DNA of 64,000 bases from Vicugna vicugna (taxonomy: Eukaryota). A model generated the notes under the pieces. That model did not search any database, was not told the origin of the DNA, and worked only from the letters and a program-made list of their open reading frames with translations. Made by a program: the position numbers and the translations under genes. Location of the stretch: contig MU058009.1 in NCBI GenBank assembly GCA_013265495.1, positions 1,924,001 through 1,988,000 of the forward strand, in the 5' to 3' direction. Positions 25,936 through 39,009 of the stretch are shown in pieces (positions within the stretch are counted from its first letter, which is position 1; each line of letters opens with the position of its first letter).

Positions 25936-27651
25936 CATATCAAACTAGTTAGAATGATGCGATGCTTTGAATATATATATATGTTACTTTAATAAAAGAA
26001 AAACTAAAGATGAAGACAAATGAGTAAATACTGTATTCTACCTGCTGATAAATCCTTTTCAACCACTAGGTGGTGCTATTGGCCACCTGTGGAAATTGCC
26101 AAGGACCCAGCGCTTGCTGGTCAGCAAAATTCTGTGAAGTTTTCCACAAAACAGAATAAAATGAGACTTGACCAATAAAGTTAGGAAGGAATTAAAGTTG
26201 ACAATTTTCTTTTATTTTCAAATATTATCCCTTTTCACGGAGTGGCAAGAAAAAATCATTTGCCCCTTGTGTTGCAGTAACTGACAGACGGATGCTGGGG
26301 ACAGGATCCAGTCTCCTGGCTGTTGAGTGTCCCAGCCCAGGTGTTGACGCAATAAAATGAACTGTGCAGCCGACTGTGGTCAATGTCTCCCTCAGGCACC
26401 TGGGCCTGGACTCGTGAATAAGAGGAAATTCAGGAACGGAAGCTGTTTTACAGAAGCTGAAGCTGCCGTGGTGCCACAGTCAGAATTCCATGGAAGACGC
26501 CGAGAGGTGGATGCTTACCCACTCCAGGACGCAGAGGCACAGGCCTGAGGTCCAGGCACGTTTAGCACCTCCTGTGAAGTTACCAGTGACATCTGGAAAG
26601 CCGGTGCAATGGCTTTTTTCCTCATCTCTATTGTCCTTGGTTTCTTTGGCTTTACGGCCAGCAGGCGCTGTGGGTACACATTTCTCGCCCCCTGCTGTGT
26701 TGAGCACAAGTCGTCGTAAGTACCATGAAGTAAATATTTTATTAATGATGGAATCTGGCACACCACCCGCTAGGATTTCTTGCCACTCTCATCCCTTCAG
26801 CATGGTGCCACTGGCCGGCCAGCCTCCGGCCATTCAGATCACAACTCTCTGTCCCCTTCTGGGCCCCCTCCTCCCTCACCCCAGGTGTGGGCATGGCCCT
26901 CAGCTCTGGCCTCTTCTCCTCTCCGTCTCCCCCCACCTCCACACACCTAAAGCGGCCTCAGTGTCCCAGTCTCCTCCTGGTAGATTCCAAAATCTACACC
27001 TCGGTCCCCAGCTCCCCCAACACCAGACACGTGCTCCCTCCTGTTCTCAGACAAGTCCTCGTGATGACTCGTCCAGCCTCTAGTTAGCATGCGCCGTGTC
27101 TAAAATCACAGTCTGCATCTCTCCTTTCCCAGCCACACGGACCACGTTGCACAGAACACGTACAGAACGTTTCTTTCACTGCGAAAATTGTATCAGATGG
27201 TTCCGCTGAACCTCTGCCCCGCCTACACCAGTCACACTGCGGAAGAGCTGTACCCTGACTCCGCCCTCACCAGACGGCAGGCTCTCTGAAGGTGAGCTCT
27301 GTGTTCACCTTGCTGCTTTTTTATCCTCAGAATCTAGCCCACAACCTTCCTTTCACCTGACAAATATTTACATGTCACCGTCTAGGTACCAGGAAACAAG
27401 TGATGCTCCGAGGTGAACCACACAAATACAGAGCCAGCAACGGCGGAAGCTCACAAAGTAAGTGCTCACCGAAATGAGTGAATGTGTGGATTATATACAG
27501 ACCACCTCCAGGAAAATCTTCACCAAAGTGACTTTCATTCTCCCCAACTTAGGAATCTTCCATAGTCACTTCCCACCTGGGGAATCAAGTCCAGATTCCA
27601 TAGCGTGGGACGCAATTCCTTCCGAGAAGCCGCCACAGACATCGTGGTTAG

Positions 27652-28043
27652 CGTGCTGGTTTGCTACGGCCGCTGTCACAAAAGGCCCCAGAACTGGGGG
27701 CTTTCACAACAGGAATTTCGCACAGTTCTGGAGGCCGGGAGTCCAAGAGCAGGTTCAGTGTCTCCTGAGGCCTCTCTCCGTGGCTTGCAGACCGCTGCCT
27801 CCTCGCTGTGTCTTCACGTGGCCGTGACCCTGCGTGTGCGCCTCCCTGCTCTCTCTCTCTGTGTCAGTTTCCCTCCTTGGGAAGATCCAGGCCAAACTGG
27901 TTCAGGGCCTACGACAACAGATTCATTCAAACTCCATCCCTCTTTAAAGGCCCATCTCTAAAGACAGCCACAATCTGAAGGACTGGGGGTTAAGGTTTCA
28001 ACCTGTGAATTTGAGGCAGGGTCACGCAGTTCAGCCCCTAGCA
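27652..28043 (-). mobile_element. MaLR solo LTR (MLT1B/C-like) with perfect 5-bp TSD
   Basis: MLT1 motifs 'cacagttctggaggccgggagtccaag' and 'gggggttaaggtttcaacctgtgaatttg'; flanked by GTTAG at 27647-27651 and 28044-28048. Confidence 0.88.
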
Positions 28044-28707
28044 GTTAGGAACATGATGTTATAATCAAACAAAACTGGCTCCTGAAAGTTACTAACATAT
28101 CTATGCCAGTGAGGGGATACTTCGCTTGTCTGAGCCTCAGTTTTCTCACCTGAGAAATGACGATAATGCTCTCACAAGGGCCTTAAGAAGCTTAAAAGCA
28201 CTGAGTCATGGGAGCGCTGGCAGAGCTCAGCACGCAGTAGGCACTCGGTGAGTTACAGCCCCTGGCGGTCACCACTGCCTCACGCTTTTCCTGCCCCCAG
28301 CGGCAACCCCTCCCTCACTGCAGGTCCCTGTGCGCCTGCCTCTCCGGGCCTTTTCTTCATACAAGCCCCCTTCTCGCGGTCAAATCCTAGGCTCAGTGGA
28401 GCCTCGCTTCTCTCGGGATGTCAGTCCTTGGCTCCCCTTTCTCCACGCTGTTCTGATTCACTGTCAATTCTACACCTGCATCCCCTCAATTAGCACCTGC
28501 GAAGAAAAATCCCAAGTTGTTAATTTGTCTGCCAACATTTCCCCGCACATCGGCTGACCCTCCCAATTCAATCTTTAGACCTTTTAGATCAAAGCCCACC
28601 GCAAGACTTTTTTAAGTCTCTCTCACAATGCCTATCAGAGTGCCGCAAACATAGCAGGCCTTAATTTATAGATGACCACTATTCACTGACTGAACACGCA
28701 GATTTAA

Positions 28708-28713
<6 letters not shown>

Positions 28714-28749
<36 letters not shown>
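28714..28749. repeat. (TG)18 microsatellite
   Basis: Directly visible. Confidence 0.98.
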
Positions 28750-28750
<1 letters not shown>

Positions 28751-30819
28751 TTTTAGCATAAAGAAACCACGAGAAAGAGAAATACCATTGACGGACACAC
28801 ATCTGCTGTTTATGGATGGCTTATTAATACACACAACTGACGTATGAGGAATTCTCCTGACATGAGCAAAAATACTTAAAATATTTGTCTTAGAAGAGTT
28901 TTAGTTAGGACTTCAGAGTATAACTCAACAAACTCTTTTAATTAATATTTTATCAGGCTGGAAATATTTATGAGACATTACCAGCCTCATAAATGCAAAT
29001 GGAATTTCTATAAATAGGAGAAAAAATAATTTCCTGTGTGTCATATTCGAAAGAGAAAACTTTAATTGTGAATTCATCTCTCGCTCAGTGAAGGAAGGTA
29101 AGAAGCTGGGGGGGATGCACAGAGGCAGTGGTTCTGGGCTCTAATTACCAGTGGTGGCACACACAAATTCTCTGTTGCTTTCCAGCATCACCCCACCCAT
29201 TTCCAGACAATGAAAGATGCACTGATCCCTTCCCCATCCCCCGAGGAGTTCTCGATCATGTCTCCCCGTGCTCAAATGTCACCTGGTCTCTGGGGGACTT
29301 GGGCATGAAAAAGTCAGAGCTCACCTAAATTTGCAAAAACCAGTCAGGAATAGAACCCTATTTGTCATTTTTCAGGTCTAGGTCGAGAACTGGATCCAGG
29401 TTTTCTGTCTCCTGGTCCAAGGTCCATCACCATGAGAATATTTACAAAATAACATTTCCCAGGTCACCCTATATTTTGCTTCAAAATCAGCCAGGCTCCC
29501 CGGGGTCAGGGCAGAAGAAATCCCATAGTCTTTACACTGAACCCCAAGCAACTGCCGCCTCAGGCCAGAGCACCTCCTGGGCTCAGCAGATGCTTCTGGT
29601 GTGTCATCTGGTCCCCAGAGCTACCAGCCAAGGTCTCTCCAAGAACCAGGAGATGGAGGACTTAGGACCCTGCGTGCACCCCCCCCACCCAGTGCTCAGT
29701 CATGAGACCAACACGTGAACGGAGGAGCAGGAGACCTGCTGCCCCCGAGGGGCAGGGGAGGTTCCCGTCACTGCGGAGAGAGGGGAGGGCATCCAGGAGC
29801 AAACCCTGGCCTTGGCTCTGCGCGCTGTCCCCGGGGAGCCTGCTTGGGCCATGGGCTGTGGGCTCGCTGCTCCCCCGCAAGAGAAGCCCCCAGAAGACCA
29901 AGCTGCGGGCTCACTGACCCGCCTTCGTGCTTACAGGAGAGCACAGGGCTGGTGCACCCCTGCCCCGGTGACAAGCACGTGTTCTCTTCTTGTAATTAAT
30001 ACACTGGCTTTCTTGTTTTCCACAGTGTTTGCCTGATAAATACTCACTGCGCACCTGTGGTAGGTGCTGGGGACACCATAGGGAACAGGAGAGTCCGAGT
30101 CCCTGCCCCGGGGACACTGCTCTCACTCCTGATCTGGTGTGCCTGCCCCGAGGGGAGACACACTCGGGGCCTGGGACCGGGGTGTGGATCCCGAAAGGCT
30201 GGGCCACAGAGAGGGACAAGGGAGGCACCCCCCAATCATGGACCAGTTCTCAGAGAAGCCCCCGGCCCTCCCTGCACAGCAGCCCCCCCTGGGCCCGGGG
30301 TGTGACGTCAGTGGCTGGCTTTCCTACAACTCCCAGGAGTAAGAGAATAAATGCAGACACTCATCTTTCCAGAGGGCAGGAAGGAACCCAAGAGGAGGGA
30401 AGGGAGGTGGCTGCTAGGCAGTGGCTCTGGGTCGGGACTGCTCAGGACTTAAGGGAGCAGAGGGAGCACTTCCTGCTGTGCCTAGCCATCCACAGGCCGC
30501 CTTTCCCTGGAGAGGATGGCCAGGGCGAGCAGAGGCCGGGAGCCGCCGGCCTGCTTCCTGTCTCTGGACCGGCTCCATCTCCAGCCCTCGGGCAGGGCGC
30601 CCCAGGCCCTCACTCCACCCACAGAAGCAAGGTCCGTGGGGGTGCGGATGCAGCGCCCAGACTGTGCCCCGCAACTCCCCAAGGAGTGCCACCCACCTGT
30701 TAGGTTCCATCTAAGCAGCGCAACTAAATTTCGCCAATCGTCCCCTCAACGCACCCGGAGTGACTGAGCAGCCCCTCAGAGGCTCTGATCCAAGATTTCT
30801 ACCGTCCTAGTTTCTTCCT

Positions 30820-31320
30820 TCTTTCGCTCGCTCGGCTGCACCGCACCCACCAAACACGCGCGCGCTCACGCGCAGGCACTTGCGCGCGCACAGGTCCCCG
30901 TCCTTTGCACCTGCACGGCCAGAAACCACCCCCCACCCGGGACCACAGGCGGGTGCAGCGGGGAGGGGGCGCGGGCCTGGCGGAGGGGCGGAGGGAGGGG
31001 GCCCCGGGGGTGGGGGCAGCGCGGAGCTGCCCGCCCCCTCCCCCGGGCTCTCGCCCTGCTTTCCCGACCCGATTCACTGAGAACTGCCGGCGCCCCCATC
31101 ACACGGAACCCCCGCCCCGCCCCCCACCGCTTTGCCTGGGGTCCTTTAAACCGGCGATTACACATTATTACACAGAGATTCATCGCACCGGGGGCAGAAG
31201 GGGAGGAGAACCAGGGAGGGAAGAGGGCGGAGGGGAAGGAGGCGGAGGGGGAGGGAGGTGGGGAGAGAGAGCGCGCGCCTCCCGCCGCCGCCGCCGCTGC
31301 CGCTGGAGAAAGGGAGTGAC
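30820..31320 (+). promoter_or_regulatory. KCNJ5: CpG-island promoter of KCNJ5
   Basis: Dense CpG, GC boxes (ccccgccccgccc), TATA-like TTTAAA at 31145-31150 and a (CCG)n run near 31282-31302, upstream of a strong splice donor. Confidence 0.8.
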
Positions 31321-31542
31321 TAGTGACTGACTGCAGGGGTCTGGCGAGGGAAGGGCCAGGATGGCTTAGAAGCCTCTGCCCGCAGGACCCCACAGCAGGG
31401 AGAGGCTCTAGGCAGAGTCCGAGGCTACCCTGATGGCTGGGGCTGGCGGGAGCCCTCGGGGCCCTGAACGCCCCCTGCACCGCCTCTGAGGGACACCCCA
31501 GAAGTTAGCGTCAGTGGGACTCGGAAGCTCGGATCTCAACAA
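31177..31542 (+). other. KCNJ5: KCNJ5 non-coding exon 1 (start approximate)
   Basis: Ends at donor CAA|GTAAGT (31543). Start placed about 30 nt after TTTAAA. Fits the known three-exon KCNJ5 structure with an untranslated first exon. Confidence 0.7.
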
Positions 31543-34500
31543 GTAAGTTGTCTTCTTTCCTCCTCCATTTCTCCCCAGCTCACTGGTTCTGGAAGGCGGG
31601 ACCTGTGATCTCAGGGTGCCTGCTGGGCTGACGGCTAGCTGCTCGGCACCTGCCAGTTTAGGAGCCGCAAGGAGGGACAGCTTAGGATGGGTGCAAAGTT
31701 CAACCAGGAAATCTGAGGTCCCCGAAGAAGGTGGGCTGCCCTGGGCTGGGAATTTAGCCTTCAGAGGACTGGAGGTGGCTCTGCTGTGTTCCAGAGCAGG
31801 GATACCTGGGGTGCTGAACGCCCCCATCAGTGGTGTGAGAGGCCAGGGCAGTGGGGAGGGGGCAGCATTCCCCCTGGACAGAGGCTCTGCCTTCAAGTGG
31901 GGATATAGAGCGCTCAGTCTTAGATCCTTGGCTTAATCTTGCTTTCTTTTAAGTCTGGCCAAATTGGAAACATGGCCTTGCTAATTCTGCCCTCCTGTCG
32001 CCTGGTCACTTCCTGCGTGCCTCCTTATCTCTTCTGAAACATCTTTCAAACTGCTCAGAAAGGCCAAGGGTGAAAGCTCCAAGGGCAGGGTTAAGGGACC
32101 AGGGAATGGCATCATTGTCCCCACCCTCCCCGAACCCACGCACCCACGCGTCTCCCTGGAGAGCCGTGGTGGCTCCCCCTGCCAGAGCTCTGCTCCCTGG
32201 GGCTGCGGGGCAGCCTGTGAGTGCCGCTGGCTCCTCGAACGAGCTCTGGCCCCCAGAAGTTCCAGGGTCTGTGCCAAGCATCGGGTCGGGTAAGGCCAGC
32301 CCCGCACCTGTTCCGGGAGGCCTTTCACACACCAGCAGATCAACAGGCACACGCATGTTTGCTTTGTGACAGACTGTGCCCAGCACCTTGCCCTCTTCTG
32401 ATCCTTTTAATGGAGCAGATACGACCATCTTCATTCTGCTGGTGAGACAGCGCAGCTTAGCGAGGCTCTGTAAGCTGCCGGCGGCGGTACACAGCCTACA
32501 GGTTAGAGTCTCCCCTGAGCCTGACTCCAGAACGTACCTCTTGGTCATCACTAAGCCCCACATCACAGCGCTTTCTGGTTCACAAAGTACTTCTCCACGT
32601 GGGAGGGACGCAGTGGAAAGAAGCTAATGTTTATGACCCAAGTACTGAGCGGGACACATGCATGCACACGTAGCTGGACTCCAGGCCTGGGAGGCGGGCG
32701 TCACTCCATCCAAAAGGCCGAAGCTGAGAGATCTCTGAGCACTAGTGACTGGCAGGGCCATTAACTTCTCAATGCTTGGCTTCAAATCCAGAGTCTTTCC
32801 ACTGTCAAACGCCCAGCCTGGAAGGTGCTCTGGCCTTCCCAAATCCACACCTTTTCCTCAAAACCCAGGAGTAAACCCCATCAGCCGGCTGAACAAGGAG
32901 GCCCTCGGCCTTCCTAAAATCTGGTGGAAGAATCTAGCAGAGCGAGTGATGTGGGCCTTAGAGAGAAAGGCTCTTGGAGGCCTGCCTGCGACTTTTAACT
33001 ATTGATTCGACCTGAGACGGCCTGACGCTGCCTGGAGGCAGAGGCGGAACTTCAGAGGACGTGTTGGGGCGCAGGGGGTGTGCAATAATATCAAGGAATC
33101 GGCGCTTACTGAACGCGTACTGTGTGATGCTTGGCGTTTTATGTATGTGACGGGTCCTGTTTTTCTTTCCCCATCCACTGCTTTCTTTTCTCACTGTTCC
33201 TCCCAGCCTCCCCCACCCCACCCCACTCCACCATCCTGGTTCCAAACAACCTGAAATCAAGTTCACGGAGTGGAGACTTAGGACCTAAGACTCGAGAGAA
33301 AAAAAGAATCATTACCTTGGACGGACTATTTGGAGGCATTTGTCAAGTGTTTATTACTTGCCAGGCTCTGTTCATTAATTAAGAGATTGATAATAAGTTG
33401 TTGCAACAGCATAAATTGTTAGGACAGCACCAGGGCCACCACTGGAAGAGGAAACATCCCGTAGGGAAATGGTCTGTCCTTTCCACAAAAGCGTGGGGCT
33501 CGGGATCTCCCCGAGCATGTTCTACATTCACCATCTAGCTCTCCGACAGAAAGATGCTCCCCGGGACACAGATGCTCCTGTCCCCTGCTGGCGTCCCTCC
33601 CAGCAGCGCTCCTTGTTTAAGTAGCATTGAGCAGAGATGAGTGAGCTCCGTCCAGCAAGCAGCGCAGGGGGAGGAGGAGGCAGGGAGGAAGGGTGGGGAG
33701 GAGAAGAGCCCCCACTGTCCTGGGGGTCCTGAAGCCCCTGTCTTCTCCAGCCTCAGAGTCCGATCCCAGTGGGATTCCCCAATAGGGGTTCCCCCGAGTC
33801 TGTGGGCACATGCTGAGCTGGGCAGAGAGCTCTTCCCTCTGTGCATCCCACAGAATCCACATGGCCTCCTCACAGGCTGTGTGGCAAAACCCCCCCTGGG
33901 GCTCCCTGGGTTTCCCACCCAGGAGATGCCCGCACTGTTCTAGTCTCCTGTCCGTGAGGATGCTGACCCCACAGCCCACCCTCCCTCTCTTTGCTCCGAA
34001 AATGGCCCGGCTCTCAAAGCCACTGGCGGTGTCCTATGCACTCACGTACTTGAAAACCGCTTCTCCATCTGTTCTTTGTTTTTACATCAGTTCAGCAGCC
34101 ATTGACGTGATCCCCCAGATGTGCCAGGAATAATTAATTTTTGAAAACCTTGGGATGTGATCGTTTGGGCAGGGAGGTTGTGTTTTCCATTTAGGATGCT
34201 AGCCAAAGTTTGCGTCTTCTGAGCAATCCTGGTTGAATTTTTAGGCTGCAGATGGGAGGGTGATGGAGAGAGGGGCAGGGGCCAGGAATCGATTAGGTGG
34301 TTGGAAGAAGCCATTTTTGGATTCAGTTGTTACTGTGTCCCAGCTATAGACAGGCCGCTGAGACCAGGGCCCACCAGCAGACATCTATAAACTGTTGTCA
34401 GCCATGGAATAATGCTTCCGTTTTTCCTGGGGACAAAATAAGAAGAATGGGAATTGAGACACAAACGATTGTAGGGAGACATTTGGGGAAAAAAAAAAAA

Positions 34501-35824
34501 CCAAACCTGAATGTGTTTCCCTAAGAGACATGCGGAGTGGAGTGACTTTCTCTGGAATGACTTTAAAACGGAGGGGACAGCTTCCCCTTCCCGAGCCCTA
34601 GCTGCCGGGGGACGCAGGGTGGTCTCTGCCAGGGCCACCCGCTTATCTAGTCCCTCCCACCTTGACATTCTGATAAGGGAGCTATTCTGGGCCGCGGAGC
34701 CCGGGATGGCCGCAGTGCTTGCCAACGGCCGCGCTGGGCTGAATGTCACAGCCAAACCTTTAACACATGACCCTGGAGATGCTGGCTGGTGCGTCAGTGT
34801 TCCATCGCCGTTCCAGACCAGGGCAGGCTGAGGGCAGAGGTCAGGGATATCTGAGCAGTCTGGTAGGTGGCAATGGCACTTCCTGGTCACCAAAGGCCAG
34901 AGCACATGTGGCCGGAGAGGCTGGTGCGGGGAGCGAAAAGGGAAGGCGGGGAGATCGGACAAGGACGAACTTTCAGCATCTCTTTCTCGCCTTCTGAGAC
35001 CTGGTTGCTTGGGGCCGGATGTGCTGTCCAGCTCCGTCCCCTCGCACATTTCAAGCTCTTCAACTTAAGGTCAGGTGGGCCCTAAGGCCCCCACCCTGTG
35101 TTACTTCTCGCAGCTCATAAAGGAAAAGAGGGGAAAGCAAGAGCGGAGAAGGGCCGTCAGGGAGCCGAACCTGTGCCCCGTGTCTCACGCTCAGAGTGTG
35201 CCCCCTCCCGGGGCTGGGCTGTTGAGCACCGATGCCCAGAGCCCGGCCAGGAGGAGGGTCACAAGGGCAGCAGGGAAGAGGCGCTGCCTCTGCCCCAGGA
35301 AGCTGGCCGCCCAACAGGGACAACAGATCCCACGGGGCCAGGTCCCAGGGACCTTACACACAGGACCTCAGGATGGCCAGCGCACCTGGGCTCTCGCAGA
35401 GCGACCCCAGCACATCACGGAACGCGGGCCCTCCCGCCCCCAGGCCCTGGCTCAGGCTGCCTCAGTCGCTTTGGAAAGTGCCCTTTATCGGATGAACTTA
35501 AAAAGTCGCTCATATATTCCTTCAAAAATGTGTACGGGGAGCCTGCCCCAGGCCAGCTCTGGTACGGGAACCGGGGCTAGGAGACTGAGCTGTTTACACA
35601 CCCTGCCCCTGCCCACCGCCATTTACACACCCTGCCCACACCCCTCGCCAAGAGCCCTCTCTCCAAGTACTGACCAGGGGAGGCAGGGGAGCCGAGACAC
35701 ATGTGGCGTCGGGGCAAGCATCACCAGAGAGACCTAGGAGGGCCAGGGAAGGCTTTCTAAGGGGGCTGGGGAACTCCATGGTCCCGATCACTGTAGCTGT
35801 GTAGGAAGTTATGAAACTGAGCAA

Positions 35825-36090
35825 ATCAATTTCTTCCATTTTATTCTTTTTTTATTTTTTTTAACCTATTCTAGTTCCTTTGCCTTTCCATATCAATTTC
35901 AGGAAACTCTTCTCTGTAGCTACAAAAAAATCCTGTGGGATTTTGATAAGAATGGCCTCAAACCTATGCATCAGTTTGGGGAGAACACATATTTTACTGT
36001 ATTGTGTTCCCCTCCAGGAACACAGTATGTTTCTCCATTTCCTCAGATGTTCTTTGGTTTCTTCCATCAGCATTTTGTAGTTAACATACT
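35825..36090 (-). mobile_element. Old L1 ORF2 fragment in KCNJ5 intron 1
   Basis: ORF 35861..36073(-) 'KWRNILCSW...VLPKLMHRFEAILIKIPQDFF' matches the L1 ORF2p segment KWKNIPCSW...ILPKAIYRFNAIPIKIP. Confidence 0.85.
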
Positions 36091-36469
36091 TCTTTTTGAT
36101 CTGCCGGGAACTTCACTGTGTGACCTTGGGCGTATCTCTTAGTTCCTCAGACCGTCCTTTTACTTTCTGTAACATGGGCACAACGGCACAGCAAAGGGCA
36201 AACCAGACTTAGTTCCCTCCGTTCTTTCTCTTCTTCTTCTCAGCCCTCGTTCTGACGCCCTCCCTTGCTTCTCGGCACTTTGTCTTTCCAGCCTCTGTTG
36301 TCTGAACTGTCCTGCACTCTCAGCCCCTTTCCTCCAAGTCTCTTCGCCTCCTGTTTCTCTTATCCTCACTGCTTCTCCAGGCCACTCATTCTCCCGTGAT
36401 GTTCGTCTCGTTCCTCTTCATTGGACCACGTGGAGGGCTCACTTTTCCTGGTTTTTCTTCGACATAACA

Positions 36470-36690
36470 TGTGACCCTGGGGCCGGTCAGCCTGGGTTCA
36501 AGTCCAGATCCACGACACTAGCTTGAGGGCAGGTTACTGTTCACTCTCCCCTGTGCCTCTGTTTCTTCACCTATAAATGGGGGAAACAGTACCTACCCCA
36601 TGCCTTTTCTGAAATAATTAAATGAGTCAAGACATAGAAGGCACTTAGAAGATTAGCTGGCGCACCGAACGCCCCCAGCGGGTCTCAGCT
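36470..36690 (+). mobile_element. MIR SINE
   Basis: 'cctgggttcaagtccag...ctgtgcctctgtttcttcacctataaatgggggaaacagtacctacc...aaggcacttagaa'. Confidence 0.75.
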
Positions 36691-39009
36691 GTGACTGCTG
36701 GGACTTTACCCATCATGCTCTGGGGCTCTGGTCCTTTCCCACTGGTCCCCCTACCTCCGTCACCTCCCATCTTTTTCACTTGGCGGTAAGTATATTTGTA
36801 TTCACATTATCTTGCTTTCTTGATACCATCCTCCCTGCACTGCGCCTGTCTCATCGTCTCTGATCATCACTGATAAATTGGCACCAGCCCGGGAACTCTG
36901 TCCCTGGGGCTGTAGAGAGGAAACAAGTGGTTTTTCATTTTGACTTAATTATTAATCTCCTTTATTATTTAATGCAGAATACATACAGTGCAGGGTTACA
37001 ACGAAGAGAATGAATTATAACGATTCTGCTCACTTTCAGAGAGAGCCGGCCTAAAAGGGAAAAGTACCGGGCAGACTGATACAAATGTGGGGAAAATGCA
37101 AAATGAACTAATTTGATTTTCGTGCCCTTTTATTCATGATTTTTCATACGTCTTCCGGGGGCTGGGAAGGTGGGGCTGGATCGTGGCCAGGAAGCCGTGG
37201 CTGAGTATTGAGATGCATAGATGTGAAGGACACACCAGGGGTCCCCAGCAACTGCCAGGGAGGACAACAAAATGGGAGACAGCGGAGCTGGCAGGCTCAG
37301 CTGCAGGCTGCCAGGCCTGCTCCCAGGGGCACTGCTCAACAATTAGGAACTCACAAACGTTAAACTGCTTGAGAGGTCCGTGTGATTAATCTATAGTCCA
37401 TGCCTCAAATTTGGCCTGATTTTGCCCTTTTAAAAATTACTGAATCTATTCGGACTCACTTAGACATACTCAAGTAGATCTTTAAAATACCATCTCTCTG
37501 TATTTCTGCCAAAGAATTGACTTCCACAAGCAATTGCCAAGGCCTGTCTGCCCTCGTATCAGGCAAAAACTCTGTCTTCCTTAAAAAACCCTGCAATGAA
37601 ACACGTACAGTGCTGTGGAGCTACTTAGGTGAGTTAACAGACGTAAAGCACCTGGTTCAGGGAAGAACACACACACACCTCACTTCCAGGGCTACTCCAC
37701 AAAGAAATAAGTCAACATAACCCACTGTGGGAAATAAATCGAGCACATTTAAAACAAAAGCAAAATGAATGCAAAGGGCGAGGGGGAGGCAGCACAGATG
37801 GGGTAGACGTTCCCTCTGGGCAGGGCATGTCTCAGTCAGACCTCGGGACAGCTGACTCCCTCTGGGAGCAGCCCTGCCCCCACCTGGACGTCCCTCTAAA
37901 CAATAACCCCACGGGTGCTGAGGGACCAGGCTCAAGGGCTCCCCTTGGAGGGACAGAGGCAGCCGCAGGAGGGAGCCTGGGATGCCTGAGCAGGTGGGAC
38001 CTGGGAGCCTGTGACAGGTCCCCAGGGAAGATCATTCGAGCAGTCGGACACAGCAGGGCCCTCATCACCTGTGCCTCCTCCCGCCTTACACAGCGGCTCC
38101 CCTGACGTGGCCGCCGCAGCTCCTCCATCCACATCGTCCCAGCTCCAGGTTCCACTCAAAGCCCCGTGCCCTCCCCCGGCACATGCTCCCCCTCACACAG
38201 TCGCGGAACAGGTGTGCAGTCCAGAGAGAGGGGTGCCAGAGCTCACTTTGGCTGTGGCAGACCTCGGCAGAATCCTTGTTTGGATGTTCAGCTTGGAGCA
38301 GAGCTAAAAGGAGCACGCCTTCCCCGAGCCCTCGTGAGCCCGTGACAGTAAGGAGCATTCTGGGCACACAAGCCAGCACCTGCGGTCCACTCCCCTCCTC
38401 CCGCAGAGCCCCCAGCCCTCTTCTCCCAGGATCCCCTCTGGTGAGTCACCAGCACCCATTACATCCCAGCCAGAAACAGCTCCTGACCCGACCCACCTCC
38501 TGCCCTCACAGCCCTCCCCAGGAGAGGGTGCTCCCTCCACCTTCTCCGAAGCTTTTATAGTCAGACATCTCCACCCACTGGGAACCCCTTCTACCAGCGG
38601 TGACGGTGACAGTGACGGGGAGGACAGAATGCTTGCCCAAGACCCTGCTCTCTGCAGCATATTTGCAAGGGGTGCAGTTGGGAGGAGGCAGGTGGGAAGA
38701 GGATGCTCTGTGAGAGCAGGGGGTCTTGGCATCCGTCGCACAACGGGGGAGGCTGGGGTGGTGGGGAACAAGGCTGGTTAGGACTGCGGGAACAGAGCCA
38801 GCAGTCCGTTTCCCCTCTCTTTGCTATCGTGTGAGACCCAGATCGGCCTTCTGGCTTCTTCTGTGCTGAGGATTGACAGGCTGTGCTCACGGCAGGCTCA
38901 TTAGTGCAAACAGGAAAGCTCTGAGGAGAACTTATTGGCATCACTACGACTCTTAACACTACGCTCAGCATCACTCAGAGTACCAGCCAGCGTGTGCATG
39001 CAGGGAGAG

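Noticed and set aside
30029..31480. Long Pro/Gly/Arg-rich ORFs (224, 204 and 141 aa) over the promoter
   Set aside because: Expected from stop-codon scarcity in a CpG island; no recognisable domain.
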